Shown here: one piece after another, positions 1 through 12,559 of the stretch
Numbering within the stretch: position 1 is the stretch's first letter
How the letters are laid out: each line of letters opens with the position of its first letter
NCBI RefSeq assembly: GCF_018350175.1
Contig: NC_058382.1
Span: 59,832,001 to 59,896,000, forward strand
DNA length: 64,000 nt
Reading direction: 5' to 3'
Origin: Felis catus
Lineage: Eukaryota
Translations under genes and position numbers: made by a program
The notes under the pieces: generated by a model
Told to the model about the DNA's origin: nothing
What the model saw: only the letters and a program-made list of their open reading frames with translations
The model's database searches: none

Positions 1-244
1 GCTGGTGCGGAGGGGGGATGACAGCCACCTCTGCTAGGGGAGCTCACTTGCACGTCGTCAGTGCCTCCCGTCTGGTCATCTCTGCAGTCCGCAGATGGGC
101 ACATCAGTTGTAAGAGGAGGAGTCTGCTCTCCGGAAAAAGGTCCAGATTCTTCACCCAAACGCAGGCCCCCTTGAATTTCGGCCTCGGATCCTACCACCC
201 CCTGGCGGACGTCCTGCACTGGTGCCCCACCACCCTCTGGGCAG

Positions 245-470
245 CCTTTCCCTCCGCACATTCTGTTCCTTCCTGGAATGCCCTTCCTTCAGCCCAGTGA
301 GCTCCTCTACAACCCTCGAGACGCAGTTCAGATGCACCTCTCTGAACTCAACCCCGACCCTGAGGAGGGAGTCGGCCGCTCCCTTTCTGTGAGCCCTCTG
401 TGTTGGCATGTGTCTTGAGGCGCGAGAGTTTTTAACTCGTTGGGACTGTGAGCCCCCTGAAGTCAGGACT
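245..470 (+). mobile_element. L2 LINE 3' fragment (ancient, approximate ends)
   Basis: gcctttccctccgcacattctgttccttcctggaatgcccttcc...cagttcagatgcacctctctg resembles the L2 3' consensus (gcctttgcacttgctgttccctctgcctggaatgc...cagctcaaatgtcacctcct). Confidence 0.55.
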
Positions 471-557
471 TTGCTTCTCCGCGCAGCAGGGACAGGAAGG
501 AAGCAGTTCTTATGCCGTTGACCGCATGTGAAGAGCAAGCATGGCGGGCCGCAGGGC

Positions 558-672
558 CAGAGCCTCAGTTTCCTCCTCTGTATGTCAGGCACCACTCCTG
601 GGGCAGCAGGACGGGACAGGAGGATGTTCGTGGAATGCTCAGCACGTCCCTGCCACCGGGAAGCCCTCGGGG
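558..672 (+). mobile_element. MIR SINE fragment
   Basis: MIR core gagcctcagtttcctcctctgta followed by a degenerate MIR 3' part. Confidence 0.55.
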
Positions 673-1589
673 ATCGCACCAGTCAGCATCACGGTTTTCA
701 CCGCGGGATCCTGCAGGCTGGTGTGAACCTGAATCAAACCCAACAGTTCTCCAGCCAGCCAGGCTCTGGGTCCCATCTCTGCACACAGATGCTGTTCCCG
801 TGGGTTCTGACCGCTGCTCCGCCCAGCCCCAGGGTGACCACGCATGATCGCTGCTCACCTGGCAAAGACTCGCGGTAGGCTCCCGCCGAGTCTGGAAAGC
901 CTCGTCCCCGCAGACAAGTGGCTCTTTGTTGCAAGCACCTGGAGGGCGTGTCTCATGGGTTGCTGGCGGTCACCTCGGCCGGGGCGGTGTCAGCCGTGAG
1001 CCTCAGGGCTCCGAGGGGTGGTGCTCTGGGCTAGATGGGACTCGGTCACTTGTGGTGGCCCTGCTCTGCCTTCTCCTGGAAGATTTTGTCCCACATGTGG
1101 CGGGGGGGGAGGGGGGGGACCTCGGTCGGCAGCTCTCCTGTCACAGGGAGGCCACCAGACTGGCTCCTGCTCGGGCCCTCGCAGAGGAACTTTGCCGCTG
1201 AGGCTCCGTCTCCCTGCGGGCCGGGCACCCTCCACTTCTGTTTGATTTTTCATTTCCTCTTTTGCCTGTGTCAGAACCTTCTGGGTGGCGGGGAAAGTAT
1301 TTAACGGCCTAGCACTGGCCAGGGTCCTGGGTCCACACTCCACTGGGCTCGCCTCCCAGGAGGCGAGATTAAGTGCAGGCACCGCCTTCCCTGAGCGCCT
1401 GGGGGCTGTGCTGGCCCCGTCTCCGCAAGGCAGTGTGGCCCCCTTGGTCTTGCCCACCCGCCCCTACGTCGCTCGTCCCTCGGCCGCTGAGGCTGCCTGT
1501 GCGTGAGGCTGTGTCTCGGGGCCTGGTGCGACCCTGGCACTGGGCAGGTGCTCAGCTAATACTTAGCACATGATGAGCAAGGGCCGGAC

Positions 1590-1655
1590 AGAGAGCGTGA
1601 CTTCCCGAGGTCACAGACCCTCCTGATGGGCCGGGCTGGGATTTGAACCCCACGC
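1590..1655 (-). mobile_element. MIR SINE fragment
   Basis: gtgacttcccgaggtcacag...gctgggatttgaacccca is the reverse complement of the MIR tRNA-derived head. Confidence 0.6.
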
Positions 1656-3054
1656 ACAGAGCACCCGGGGGGAGAATTCTGTGTTCTCTGCCTTCAGGAA
1701 GAGCCCAAGGTGTTTGGACAGGGATCCTGTCTCTGTCTCCACCTGGGGAATTCTGACAGGGCCGAGGGGGCCGTTCTTCCCAAACCTCATCCTACCTCAC
1801 GCCTCCTGCTTGGGGGTCTGGACCTGAACCCCAAACCGCCGTCGGCAAGCGGGTCTGGAGCTTCGTGTCTGCTCCCTGCTGTGGCCCCGGGTTCCTGCCC
1901 TTCTGGCTGAGCACCTGTTTGTTACCTGGTCAGCAGGCGGCTTGGCCGGGAGACAACAGGATCTCTGTCGCCGTGACCTGTGTCAACACTGCGGCGCCTA
2001 CGGCCAAGGCCGGAGGCGGCCCGCCCTGCGTCTGGAGTGGTTTCTCGGGGGGCGCTGGCCGCCGTCCACAACCGGTGTGGCTGCCCAGGGCCCTGGGTCG
2101 AGAAAATTTGGAGGCCAGGTCGGGGCTCAGGGGAGGGGCCCCGATTGACAGGGGTCAGTATGCGGGGGGGGGGGGGGGCTGTGTGTGTGTCTCCACTTGG
2201 CTGTCGGGGTGGGGGGGTTCAGGGCAGATCTCTCTAGAGCGAGCTCCCCTCTCTGGCCCTCGGTGCCTGCGGCGGTGGTGTCCAAAGTCCAGTGTCGTGG
2301 CGTATACGTGGCATGAAGTTTACCCCGTGCGGCTCTCCTCGAGGCCCCCCGATCCTGCGGGGATGCGCCCGAAGCAGGACGGCCGGGACCCGCCGTAGTT
2401 CTGGGCCCCCTTCCTTGAGGACACGGCAGCCACGCCACGTTCTGTTCCTGCCGACAGGGAGCCGGGCTCCTCGTTCTCGCCAACGCTGGTTTTCCGTCTC
2501 TGACGGCGGCCGTCCTCCTGGGTGGGCGCTGGGGGTTTGCGGCTCTCTGTTAGGTCTCGGCTTCCGGTCTGGGTAGGAGCCCCACCGTGGGCCCGGCCTC
2601 CTTGCCGGCCCGGCCCGCCTGCCCGGGCCCTGCTGGGGCCCCCGTCCTGCCCCACGCGCTCTCCTCCTCCCCGGCCACCGTCAGGTTCCCGAGAGGCGGA
2701 CTCTGCTTCCCGCCTGCAAGAGGCTGGGCCCCACAGCTCTGACAGTCCTGCCACCACCCTGCCCACTGGACGCTCTGGCTGGGCGTCCCCCCTGGAGGCC
2801 CCGTTTCCCCTACCTTCCCTGAAGTCCCAGCACCGCTCCATCCGGACCCCTGGAGGTCTGTGGACACCCGTAAGGGTAGGTCAGGTCTCGGACAGTGCTG
2901 TGTTCCCGCCGTGGGGGTGCAGGGTAAGCGGGTCCCCTGCCCGTCCCCCTTCTAGGCCGCCCTCTCTGCTTAGGGGGAGAAGGGTTCCCGGGCCTTCAGG
3001 AGGTAGGAGGGAGCTCAGGCCCTGGGGCTCCACTCACCGCTCTGGGAAGGTGCC

Positions 3055-3135
3055 ATCGCCTATCTGAGCCTCAGTTTCCCAGTCTGTAGAGGAGCTCATG
3101 ACGGACCCATCCCCGGGCTGTGGTAGAGGCCGGAG
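3055..3135 (+). mobile_element. MIR SINE fragment
   Basis: tctgagcctcagtttcccagtctgtaga MIR core. Confidence 0.55.
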
Positions 3136-3640
3136 ACGGTGGCTGTCTGGTTAGCGTCACATCCCCCTCCCCCCCCCCCCCCCCCCGAGGCAGGGCTCCT
3201 GGAGCCTGTACAGGGCGGTGGGCCTTTCCCCGAGTACGTGCTGCAGTGTCCCCGCAGGTGGGCGGCTGGGTGTCTGCGGGGAAGGTGGACCTGCACAGCC
3301 GGAGCAGAGGCAGAGCTAGGGGTGCCCGAGACTCCCTCCCAGACTCTGTGCCAGAGATGGCCAGGCTGATCAGGCCTGCCCTCCCCTCGTGCCCAGGACC
3401 CCCGAGGGTCTGCGATGTCAGCTTGTCCTCGGGCAGAACCGGGCACTGTGGCCCCCGCCGCTGTCCCGTGGTGCCTGGTGGCCAGGCGGGTCGGGACCGG
3501 TCCACACTCTGGTCCTCACGACAGCCCTCCCCTCGGAGAGGAAGCCGCACCCTCCCGGCCGGTCTCTGGCCCGGGCACCTCTTCCCAGACACGAAGCTCT
3601 CACGCCTCGCGTCACCTCCCTGAACCACGCGGTCCTGGTC

Positions 3641-3837
3641 TTTTTCTTTAATGTTTACTTTGGACAGAACGAGCTGGGGGAGGGGCAGAGAGAGAGAGGG
3701 AGACACAGAATCCGAAGCGGGTTCCAGGCTCCGAGCTGTCAGCACAGAGCCTGACACGGGGCTCGAACTCCCGAACCGCGAGATCATGACGTGAGCCGAA
3801 GTCGGACGCCCAACCGACTGAGCCGCCCAGGCGCCCC
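3641..3837 (-). mobile_element. Can-SINE, feliform type (SINEC_Fc-like)
   Basis: Reverse strand reads ggggcgcctgggcggctcagtcggttgggcgtccgacttcggctcacgtcatgatctcgcggttcgggagttcgagcccc, then a CT-rich tract and an A-rich tail. Confidence 0.95.
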
Positions 3838-3844
3838 CTGTGAG

Positions 3845-4218
3845 CTCAGTGTCCTAAAAGCACACTCTTGCCGTTCTGGAGGTCTGAAGCCTGGCTCAGG
3901 TGTGAGCAGGGCCGGTTCCTTCCGGAGGCTCCGGGGAGCAACCGCTCCTTGCCCTGGGCTCGTGGCCCCTCGGCCATCACCGCAGCACAGCTGGTCGCCA
4001 GTGTGCCCTCCAACCTCTGTCCCGACTCCTGCTCTGACCTCCTGCCTCCGATGAGAACCTTGTGGAGTCACGGGGTCCCCCTGGAGAGTCCAGAACGTTC
4101 TCCCCACCTCAAGATCCCAGACTAAATCCCCTCTGCGGAGATCCTTGGGCTGAGGGGATGTTCACGGGTTCCAGGGCTTAGGGCATGGAAGTCTTGGGGC
4201 TGTTACTCTGCTGTCCAC
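3845..4218 (-). mobile_element. MaLR MLT1-family solo LTR
   Basis: Contains gttctggaggtctgaag, cagggccggttccttccggaggct, ctccccacctcaagatcc and ttccagggcttagggcatgga, typical of reverse-strand MLT1. Confidence 0.75.
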
Positions 4219-5459
4219 ACCGTTTTCTGGGCCTGCCGTCTGGACCCGTGGGTGACAGGATCCTCGCTGGAGGGAGTGAGGCCTCGGCCCCGAGTGTGGA
4301 CTGGCTTTCTGGGAATCGGGCTGGGGGATGCCCCTGTTTGGGGGCAGCTGTGGTGAGGGCTGGGTGTCTGGGGGCCTGAAGGCCGAAGAGAGAGTGCCCC
4401 CCGCCCCCCGAATGCCCAGCCCACCAGGGGTCACGATCAGCTCGGCTGGGAGGAGGTCACTGGCCTCAGTGAAATGTGTTTTCCCGGCCGGGCGCTCTGG
4501 TCCCGCAGCTTCAGCGGCGGAAGCCTCCGCGTTCGTGCCGCCAGGGGAGTCAGGCCGCGCCAAGAGGCGTTTACCCGGCACCACGGAGTCGCACCCCCAG
4601 TCAGGCCGTGACCAGGCTGGGGTTACGTGTGCGAGCACAGTGCGGGCCTGCCTCTCTGGTATGATTTGTAAGTCGCGTTTCCAGATAACCGGAGCTGACT
4701 TCATGTATCGAGAACCATCCCTCGGGGGGCCCACGGGCCCGTCTGCCACCCCCCACTAAGCTTCCCCGCGGCACTGGGACAGCACAGCCATCGAGGCAGG
4801 GGTGCCTTGGGCAGCACCTGGCCCGGGAGGTGCCCCGTGGACCTTTGAGGATCCTGTGACCTGGCGGGCCCGTCATTTCTGTCAATGGCAGGCTGGGTCC
4901 CCATGAAACAGAAGGGAGGATTTTATTCCCCGCTGCCTGGTTTTGCCAGGGTCGTGTCTGACTTCTTGGGACCATCAGGGAGCAGGCTTGGGTTATGGCT
5001 GTTTTTGGTGGAGTCAGACGCTGGTCTCCTGGCTTCTGTTTGGGGTGTTTTGGGTCAGGGTCCTGTGAGGTACACGAATGGAGAGCAGTGGAAAGTGAGC
5101 CTCAACCCCTCCACGGCCAGCCCCGGGTCAGGGCTCTGAGTCTGCCGAGACTCGCTGAGGGTTTGGGGTCAGGGGCCGCTGGATGGTCCTCCCCCACTTG
5201 TCCCTAAATAAAAAAGCTGCTCAGACCCTTATCATCTGCCACCCGAGGGACCCTCTGGAACTGCCCTCACGGCAGCCCCGGGACCAACGATGCCTCGGCC
5301 GCCGGCAGGGGTGAGGGCAGGCCTCTGCAGCCTCTGGGCCCCACCTCGGGCCCTGCCAGCCTCCCGGCCCGGCGCTCAGCAGCCTTGCTGTCACGCTGTG
5401 CCGCTGGGAACAAAGGGGACAATTAGGTGAGGCGTGATCCTGTCTGCGGACCAGGTGGT

Positions 5460-5852
5460 GGGACAGTTTCAAGGTGGCTCTTGTGCCACAGCTTTGTTAG
5501 AGATTACGGGGCAGTTTGCATGTCAATTGTGTGTTTTACGCACGATTTCATCCACCAGGAGCACGGGGTGAACGGACAGGGTGCACCCCGAGCTGGAGAG
5601 CCTCCCTCCCCCCAGCACCCGCCACGGCCACCCGCCCAGGGCCGCGTTCATCGTGATCCTGATGCGTGTGACCGCGGAACGTACTAGAAACCGACTAGTT
5701 TTATCAGGCTCCCGTCTGTACGTGTCCCTCACGGTGTTTGAGTTTTGTGCCCCAACTCTGTTTCCCCCACAAGCCCCATGGGTTTTGCCGTGGGAGCTCG
5801 CACGGCACGGTGATCTTTAGGGACACGTGAGCTGTGTCCTAGCACTGATTGT
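5460..5852. mobile_element. Ancient TcMar-Tigger-like DNA transposon fragment
   Basis: ttacgcacgatttcatccaccaggagcacggggtgaacgg and cccccacaagccccatgggttttg...cggtgatctttagggacac resemble mammalian non-autonomous Tigger-type elements. Subfamily not determined. Confidence 0.45.
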
Positions 5853-6984
5853 GCTGTGTTTACGCCAGGGGACCCCCTTGTTTTCAGGAAATGCTGAAGA
5901 ATTTAAAGCCTGAAGATCATCTCTCCCCGGCCCTGGACCCCACCTCTCTCCCCAGCCTGAGGGTGGCTGGGGCGCAGCAGGGAGTGGGGGCAGGTGAAGG
6001 CGCAGGGGCCCAGGTCACTGCCGGGGTCCCCGGTGCCTGCGGAGGGGAGTGCCCCGAACGACAATCTGGGCAGAGACCCCACACCTCCTGGCATCTCCCG
6101 GGGTCCCGTCTCTCCTGACTTTTCTCCAGATCTGCTCTCTCGCTTAAAATGTGTGGCAATTAAACATCTTTACCGGTATTTTAACTTCCTGAAAACAAGT
6201 CCTTGTGCTCCCAGGCGTGGTGGTGACGACAAGAGGGACGGCCCTGGGACGTGTGTGCCGGCAGGCCCCGTGCCCGCCCCGCTTAGGCCCGCGACCACTC
6301 TCAGCACCTGCTCGTGGGGCCTTGTGCCCCCCCCACCCCGCCCCGTCCTGGCCGTGAGGCACCTGACGGTCCGCTGATGGTCGTCCTGGCCACGTGTAAT
6401 GCTTGTCCTGTCGCAGCTGCTCACGTGTATGACCCTCTCATCCCATCACTGACCTCCTCAGATGAGGAGGTAGTCACGTGGGTGCACAGCCAAGGCCAGG
6501 CTGGGTCCCCTCCCACTTCTGGGCCCAGGTGTCTGGCTTGGTGCCCCTCCCACCCCCCCGAAGGCACAGTGAAGAGCAAACCAGCACATTCTTGTGAAGG
6601 GAGGGGCGGAGACTGGTCCCCGCAGCCGTGGTCAGAGACGCCCCGGCCCCCACCGCTGGACGGGCCTATGTCCCAAGGGCCACCTAGTGGGTGGATGGCT
6701 GTCCCTGAATGAGCAGGACAGAAGGGACTGCAGTCCTCACACCCAGGGCTGGCCACACGCCCTTACTCCTGTCAGACCAGCGAGTTGGGAGTTGTGGTCC
6801 GTCGCACATGGGGGGACACTGGTCCTTGTGACTCTGTCCTTCGCACTGAAGTCGGGTCGTGTTGTCGACTCCTGACCCCGGGCGGCCGCCTGCCATCCCG
6901 CGGTGTTGGTGCACAGCTGGCGAAGACAAACCAGGACGCCCAGGTGTGTGGGACTTGCACACAAACCATTTTTACTTATTTAAA

Positions 6985-7191
6985 AAACATTTTTTTTTAA
7001 CGTTTATTGTTTCTTGGAAGACAGAGTGCAAGCAGGGGAGGGAAAGAGAGAGGGAGTTACAGAATCTGAAGCAGGCTCCCGGCTCCGAGCTGTTAGCACA
7101 CAGCCCGACGCGGGGCTCGAACCCACGAAGTGCGAGATCATGACCTGAGCTGAAGTCGGGCGCCCAACCGACTGAGCCCCCCAGGTGCCCC
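6985..7191 (-). mobile_element. Can-SINE, feliform type
   Basis: gggctcgaacccacgaagtgcgagatcatgacctgagctgaagtcgggcgcccaaccgactgagccccccaggtgcccc, with a GA tract and a T-rich tail on the + strand. Confidence 0.95.
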
Positions 7192-7224
7192 ATAAACAAT
7201 CATTTTTAAAGTGAGTGTGCCCTG

Positions 7225-7388
7225 TGGTGATCCTCACCCGACTGTCCCAGTGACCCCGGGAGGCAGGCGGCTCTGTGTTCCCATTCTACGGGTGGGGAAA
7301 CTGAGGTGAGGAGGACCGTGGCCCTCAGAGGCTCGGCTGGGATTGGGCCCGGGTGGTCTGGCTGCAGCCCGCGTGTGCCCCCTGACGG
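7225..7388 (-). mobile_element. MIR SINE (GC-shifted)
   Basis: ttcccattctacgggtggggaaactgagg core plus ggtctggctgcagcccgcgtg head, both in reverse orientation. Confidence 0.65.
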
Positions 7389-7439
7389 GCTGTGTGTCCC
7401 TGTCACCTCCGTCACGTCCAGTGCAGCCAAGCACCGTGG

Positions 7440-7673
7440 GCTCACGCCGTCTCTGGCTGCCACACCCTCCTCTGTGCCTCCTTCCCCTTTGTCTCTCTTC
7501 TGAGGACACTCCTGATGGCACCTGGAGCCCGCCCCGTAGTCCAGGATGGTCTTCTACCCAGCACCCCTAATGTAATCATGTCTGCAATGACCCCCTTCCC
7601 AAATAGTCACGTTCCCAGGTTCTGGGCGCTGGGACAGGGACATAACCTTTTTGGAGTCACCACTCATCCCACT
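7440..7673 (-). mobile_element. MaLR MLT1-family LTR fragment
   Basis: tgaggacact...gtagtccaggatggtc...taatcatgtctgcaatgacccccttcccaaatagtcacgttcccaggttctggg. Confidence 0.75.
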
Positions 7674-10139
7674 GCGGGGCCCCAGGTCAGCCGCTGGGCA
7701 GTGGCAGGATGAGAAGGTCACATCTGATCTCAAATCCCTCCGTTCGCTGTCTGCCTGTCCCCCCAACCCCAGAAAGAAGGCAGAGTGGCCCCCCAGGCTG
7801 AAGTCGGGGGTGTGCGGGTCCCTCCTCCGATCTTTGGAGGCCTGGGGCAGATGGGGGGCACGGGACGGGCTCACGGGCAGGGCCTGGCATCAGGAGACCT
7901 GGTTTTGGTTCTCGGCGGTGACGGCTGAGGGGTCTCGGAGCCTCAAAGATGAAGAGGTTAGGCCCCGGTCCCCAGAGTCCCCTCGAGCAGGTGCGCACGC
8001 TTTCCGTCGAGAACGGGACAGCACGCCTCTCGGGCTTTGCTGGCTCTAGGGCCTCTGTCACACAGCCGCCTCTTTTCTGCAGCCCCTTAAAATACAGAGC
8101 CCAGACTGCTCCCTGGATCCAGGCCTTGGGCCCCATTTGCCCCCTGGGCCGTAGCGGCCGGCTGGCCTGGTCCGTAAGTGTGGTTTCCAGGCTCCGCCCC
8201 TCTGGTCTCGGGGTGCCCTGTCTTGGACTGTGCACCTGACACCAGAGCACCCTGGCCACCTCTGACCTTTGCTCCCTGCCCTCTTCTCCTGCTGCGCTTC
8301 CTCCGGGAAGTCCTCCCGGTGTCCCCACCCCCGACCTGCTGCTTCTGGCGCCTGAACGCTGCTCTCAGAAGCTGGGCCTTCTGCCCCTCGCTGCAGATCC
8401 TGCTGGAAGAGAGGGCTGGGGCCAGGGATTGCGGGGCACAGGGTGCCCCCGACATGTGGACCGACATCCCTCATGGCAGACGGCTTCCTCCTCTGTAAAG
8501 CTGGGGGGGGGGCACCACCTGCCGTGTGTCTGGGGCACTGTTGTTGACTGGGGTCCGAGTGATGCTCACTCGTCAGGCCCCGTCTTCTCCCTCTGCCACG
8601 AAGCAAGGCCCCTGGCCGCTTGGCCGGATGGTCGGTCTCCGAGGGGTCCTTTTGTGGCCCGGCCGTCACGCGCTCACCGCTGCCGACCGTGGCTGGGCTC
8701 CAGAGGCCACCCCCCTCCCTCCTCCACCTTGAGGCCGCGACCCCAGCCACCGAGCCCGCGCTCCTCCCGCCGGCTGCCTGCACTTGCCTAGACCTGGTCT
8801 CTGGGGAGCTGCAGGCACTTGACAAACACGTCGTTAATCCCGTCCGGGTCCCGTGAGGTTACCTCCTGCCTTCGGAGGCCTGCACACCAGCGCTGAAACC
8901 TCTCCCAGCTTCTTGGGGGAGGACTTCAGGGAACCCGGGCCGCTCCCGGCATCTCTTGCCAGGTCGGGTGGGTGGGTGACCCGTTTGGGACCCGGGATGC
9001 CCACCTGCCGGGAGGGGTGGAAGGGTGAGGTCGATGTCCTCCTCACCTGACTCGGGAGGGGCTGAAGAAAGGGGGAATTGGGTCCCTTGGGGCTAACGCC
9101 GGTGCCCTGACACGTGCTCTATCATCGTGGGGAAGAGCGGGCCCCCGGGTCAGACCCGCGCTGCCTCAGTCTCCCCCTCGGGCGGGTCGTGGGACATCCG
9201 GTGCCTCAGTGTCCTTTTCGGTAAAGCGGGGTGGTCCCGCTGCAGCCTGTGGCCCGGGGCAAAGGCTCTGGGTGGGCTCGGGGAGGAGAGGAGGCCGGGC
9301 TGTAGCCAGAACAGCAGTGGCCCACACCGCCAGGGCCTGTCTGCAGGGCTGTGTGCACGCTCCCTGGATCCCCGCAGTTTCGGGGCTCTGGGCCCAGAGA
9401 GGCTGGAGTGTCCGGCTGCACGGGGAGCCCAGCCACCTGCCTGGGAGCTGCCGCGGGGCCAGCTCACGTGCCTGCCTCCAGAACACGTCTGCCCTTCCAG
9501 GGCTGCAGACGCGGCGGGTTGGTAGCGAGCCGGGCCCACCCCTGCAGCCCCTGGCTGCTGGAAGGCCCTGACGGAGACTGGCCTCCCTCCCTCCCTCCCT
9601 CCCTCCCTCCCGCAGAAAGGAGGGCAGGCCCTAAGGAGGGGTCTGGACGGGCACGGGTGGGAGGCTGTTGCGGGACAGCCGGCAGCAGGGGCGGTGGCCT
9701 GGGGGGAAAGTTCTGGAAAGATGGCACCTTTGCCTGTCTTTGTCCCGTGACTGAGATCCTGGGAGAAGCAGGCTAACGGGGAAGCTCCGGGGGGCAGAGG
9801 TGAGAGCACAGGGCACGGCCCCGACTGGCATCCGTGCTGCCAAGGGTCCCCTAGGGCCTGGCCTGACTTCATTTGTTCCGCAAACACACGCTCGTTGATT
9901 CTGCCTGTGAGCACTGCTGTGCGGGCACCAGCACCCAAGTGGGGGGAGCGCAGGCGAGCGTCTGCCTGCCCCCGCCAGGAGGCGCCTGGCCTTGGCTTAT
10001 GCTGTCGTCGTCTCCTTTCCTTCCTCCTGACCTTCCTTCCGGTGGCCCCGTGCACGCGCGCTGCCTGCCGCTGGTCGGGCACGCAGTTCCGACGGCCTGC
10101 GCGTAGGAGGCATTCCTGGAAAACTGCAGAAGCGTCCTG

Positions 10140-10260
10140 ATCTGTCAGTTCAACAAGTGCCCGTGCCGCGGCCTGCCCCGTGCCAGCCACCGTTCTGGGT
10201 GCAGGGGACGACGGTCCACGGTCTCGCGGAGCTCACGCGCTGACCAGGAATACAAACTGA
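10140..10260 (-). mobile_element. L2 LINE 3' end fragment (GC-shifted)
   Basis: gttcaacaagtgcccgtgccgcggcctgccccgtgccagccaccgttctgggtgcagggga aligns to the L2 tail ttcaacaaatatttattgagcacctactatgtgccaggcactgttctaggcgctgggga. Confidence 0.55.
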
Positions 10261-11626
10261 GCTCGAAGTCCCCGTGGCTCTGGGAGCTTCTCAGCAGGGT
10301 GGAGAGTGGGAGGGGACCAGGCCAGGAGGACCTCGCCAGGAGAGCCATTTGGTCAGAGATTGAGGGGCCGGTGGGATTTAACCGGGGCTCTTCCTGAGTC
10401 AGGCAGCATAACGGTCACCAGAGAGCGGCGAGGCGGTATCCGGGACAGGTTTCACGGGATGGCGGACGGCACGGTCACCCCTCCCCACACCCAGGAGCGC
10501 CCCGCACTGGGGGATCCGGGGCTCAGCGTGGCCGTCTCGCAGTTCCCAACCCCAGCCGTCGCGGCGCGTAAGTGTGGTCTCGACTCCCGTGGGACGGGCG
10601 CTCAGCTGCCAGCCCCTGGCCTCTCCGGCCCCTGGCATCCTCGTCGTCATCCACGACGGTGACCAGGTTGTGCTGGTGAGGGAGCTCCCGTTCCACCATT
10701 ACCCGCTGCCCCAGTGGGGGCCTGGAGGGCGTGGCTGCTGAGGGCCACCCTGAGCCGAGGGAATCATGGCACATCTGGTGGGCCACGTGGCAGGAGCCCC
10801 TTGTTCGGCCCCATCGGACGGTGGCAGATCGGCGCACGGGGAGTTGCCGGCCCGGTGGCCTGCCCGCTGGCGGGAGGGGCAGACTGACCGCCAGGCCCAC
10901 CTTTCACCTGCGCTGGGTCTCCTGCTAGTGACGGCTGATGCGTCCTCCGCTTTGCTGCCCTGTTGACGTGGTCCCAGAGGGAACCGTGCTGGGCCCCCGC
11001 CCGGTGCTGCCCTGCTGAGCTTTCTGGAGCACGCGCCCTTCCTCTCCCACCCGCCGAGGCCAGTGGTCCTAGGCCCGGTCCAGACGGGTTCCTTTCCTAA
11101 CTGAACGCGACGGGGTTTTTCTAAAGAGGAGGTTTCAGGCAGGACGTCGAGTCGGCAAACCACAGAGGACACGGACGTGAGCTTCCCCAGCTGGCCTTTA
11201 GGTAAATGTGTGTGTCCCGTGGGGGGGGGGGCCTCCCCAGCCCAGCCTTTTGTGCCCGAGGAAGATCACACCCACCACTTGGCTCTCCCTGGGGTCAGGA
11301 TGTGCCGGGGCCTCTGCCTGGCTCCTTCCCCTCCCCCACATACCGCTGCCCCGTCCCCGGCCGGTGTGCCCGCCTGCGGGTGGAGGTGCGGCACCCAAAT
11401 TAGCCCTCTTTCCACTTGCTCAATGGGTGTGTAGGCTACTCGCAGGGTGGCGGTTTGCCTGCTATTCCTGGCGCGTGGGGGCTTGGGTGTGGGGTGAGGG
11501 AGGAGAAGAGGGGGCGCTCCGTCTAAACATAGACCGCGGCAGGGAGGGGTGGCGGAGAGAAGGGCAAGATGATGTTGGAAAATCAGCTCCTTGAGAAAGC
11601 GGGTGCCTGAGGAGAGGAGCCTGCGG

Positions 11627-11640
11627 GTTGCCATGGCAAC
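11627..11640. promoter_or_regulatory. Perfect palindromic RFX X-box (GTTGCCATGGCAAC) in JPH3 intron
   Basis: Exact 14-bp palindrome matching the RFX consensus GTNRCC(N0-3)RGYAAC. Function not shown. Confidence 0.6.
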
Positions 11641-11879
11641 TGGGATGAGCCCCCACCCCCACCCCCCGGCAAGAAGGCTGGGCCCGATGGGCCTGTTCTC
11701 TGGGCTTCCACCCGCGGACGGTCAGTGCGCCCGCTGTGCCCCCAGGCCGGACTTGCCTGCGGGAGCCTCGGTTTTCTCACCTGTGAAATGGGGTCGGCGG
11801 TGGCAGCCTGCCAGTTTCTTTGTAAACTCCCACAAATTAACGAGGAAGCACCCCGCCTCCCTCGGAATAACCAGAACGC

Positions 11880-12450
11880 GAATTAAAACAATGCGGTGTT
11901 TCACCTGTCCGCTTGGGAAAGATTTCTTAAAAATCGACAATCTGCCTAAAATTAGCACAGATGTGTGGAAGCAGGCAGTCTGGAAGCGTGTCCTGGAAGG
12001 TGGATTTGCGTGTGAAATACCCAACATGCAGAGATGCCATCAGACCGCGTCGATCGGCAGGGGCGGGCTCGATTTATTTCGGCACAAAACGCGCTAAAGA
12101 GAACAAGAGAGCTCTGTGTTTGCTGGTGTGGAACAGTCTCCAGGATACAGTGTTGGGTTAAAAAAAAAACAAAACAAAAAAACCAACAATGAAAAGGCAA
12201 GAGGCAGAACCGAGTGGCGTGCAAACGTCTGCGTTCGGAGTTTCTGACGCGCGTGACCGTGTGAAGGTTGCTGCTTGGCCATTTGGCACGCTGTTACGCA
12301 GGCACTAAAAGCCATGAGAAATACCTTCGTAAACTTGTAAGCAGGTGTCCGTGACATATTAGCGGCAAAAACAACTAACGGGAGAAAACAGAGTATGGCC
12401 TCGTTTATATTTCGAAAATAAGGCACGGGTGCTTTTAAGTACAAGGACAG
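11880..12450 (+). mobile_element. Old L1 (L1ME-like) 3' fragment
   Basis: attaaaacaatgcggtgtttcacctgtccgcttgggaaagatttcttaaaaatcgacaa resembles the L1M ORF2 end (aaaacaatgagataccat...cacctatcagattggcaaag). Confidence 0.5.
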
Positions 12451-12559
12451 TGAGCCGCCGAAGAACGTACTGGAAGTCAGAGTGGCTACCTGTGGGACAT
12501 GAGTAGATGGGGACGCTTGAAACCTGCGATCCTCAGGCCTGCTTCCACACCGCCCGCTC

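Noticed and set aside
3740..3837. tRNA-like A and B boxes here and in similar elements
   Set aside because: These are the tRNA-derived heads of Can-SINEs, not tRNA genes.
9150..10190. 346-aa ORF antisense in the JPH3 intron
   Set aside because: Runs through L2 relics and a (CCCT)n tract; no domain similarity.
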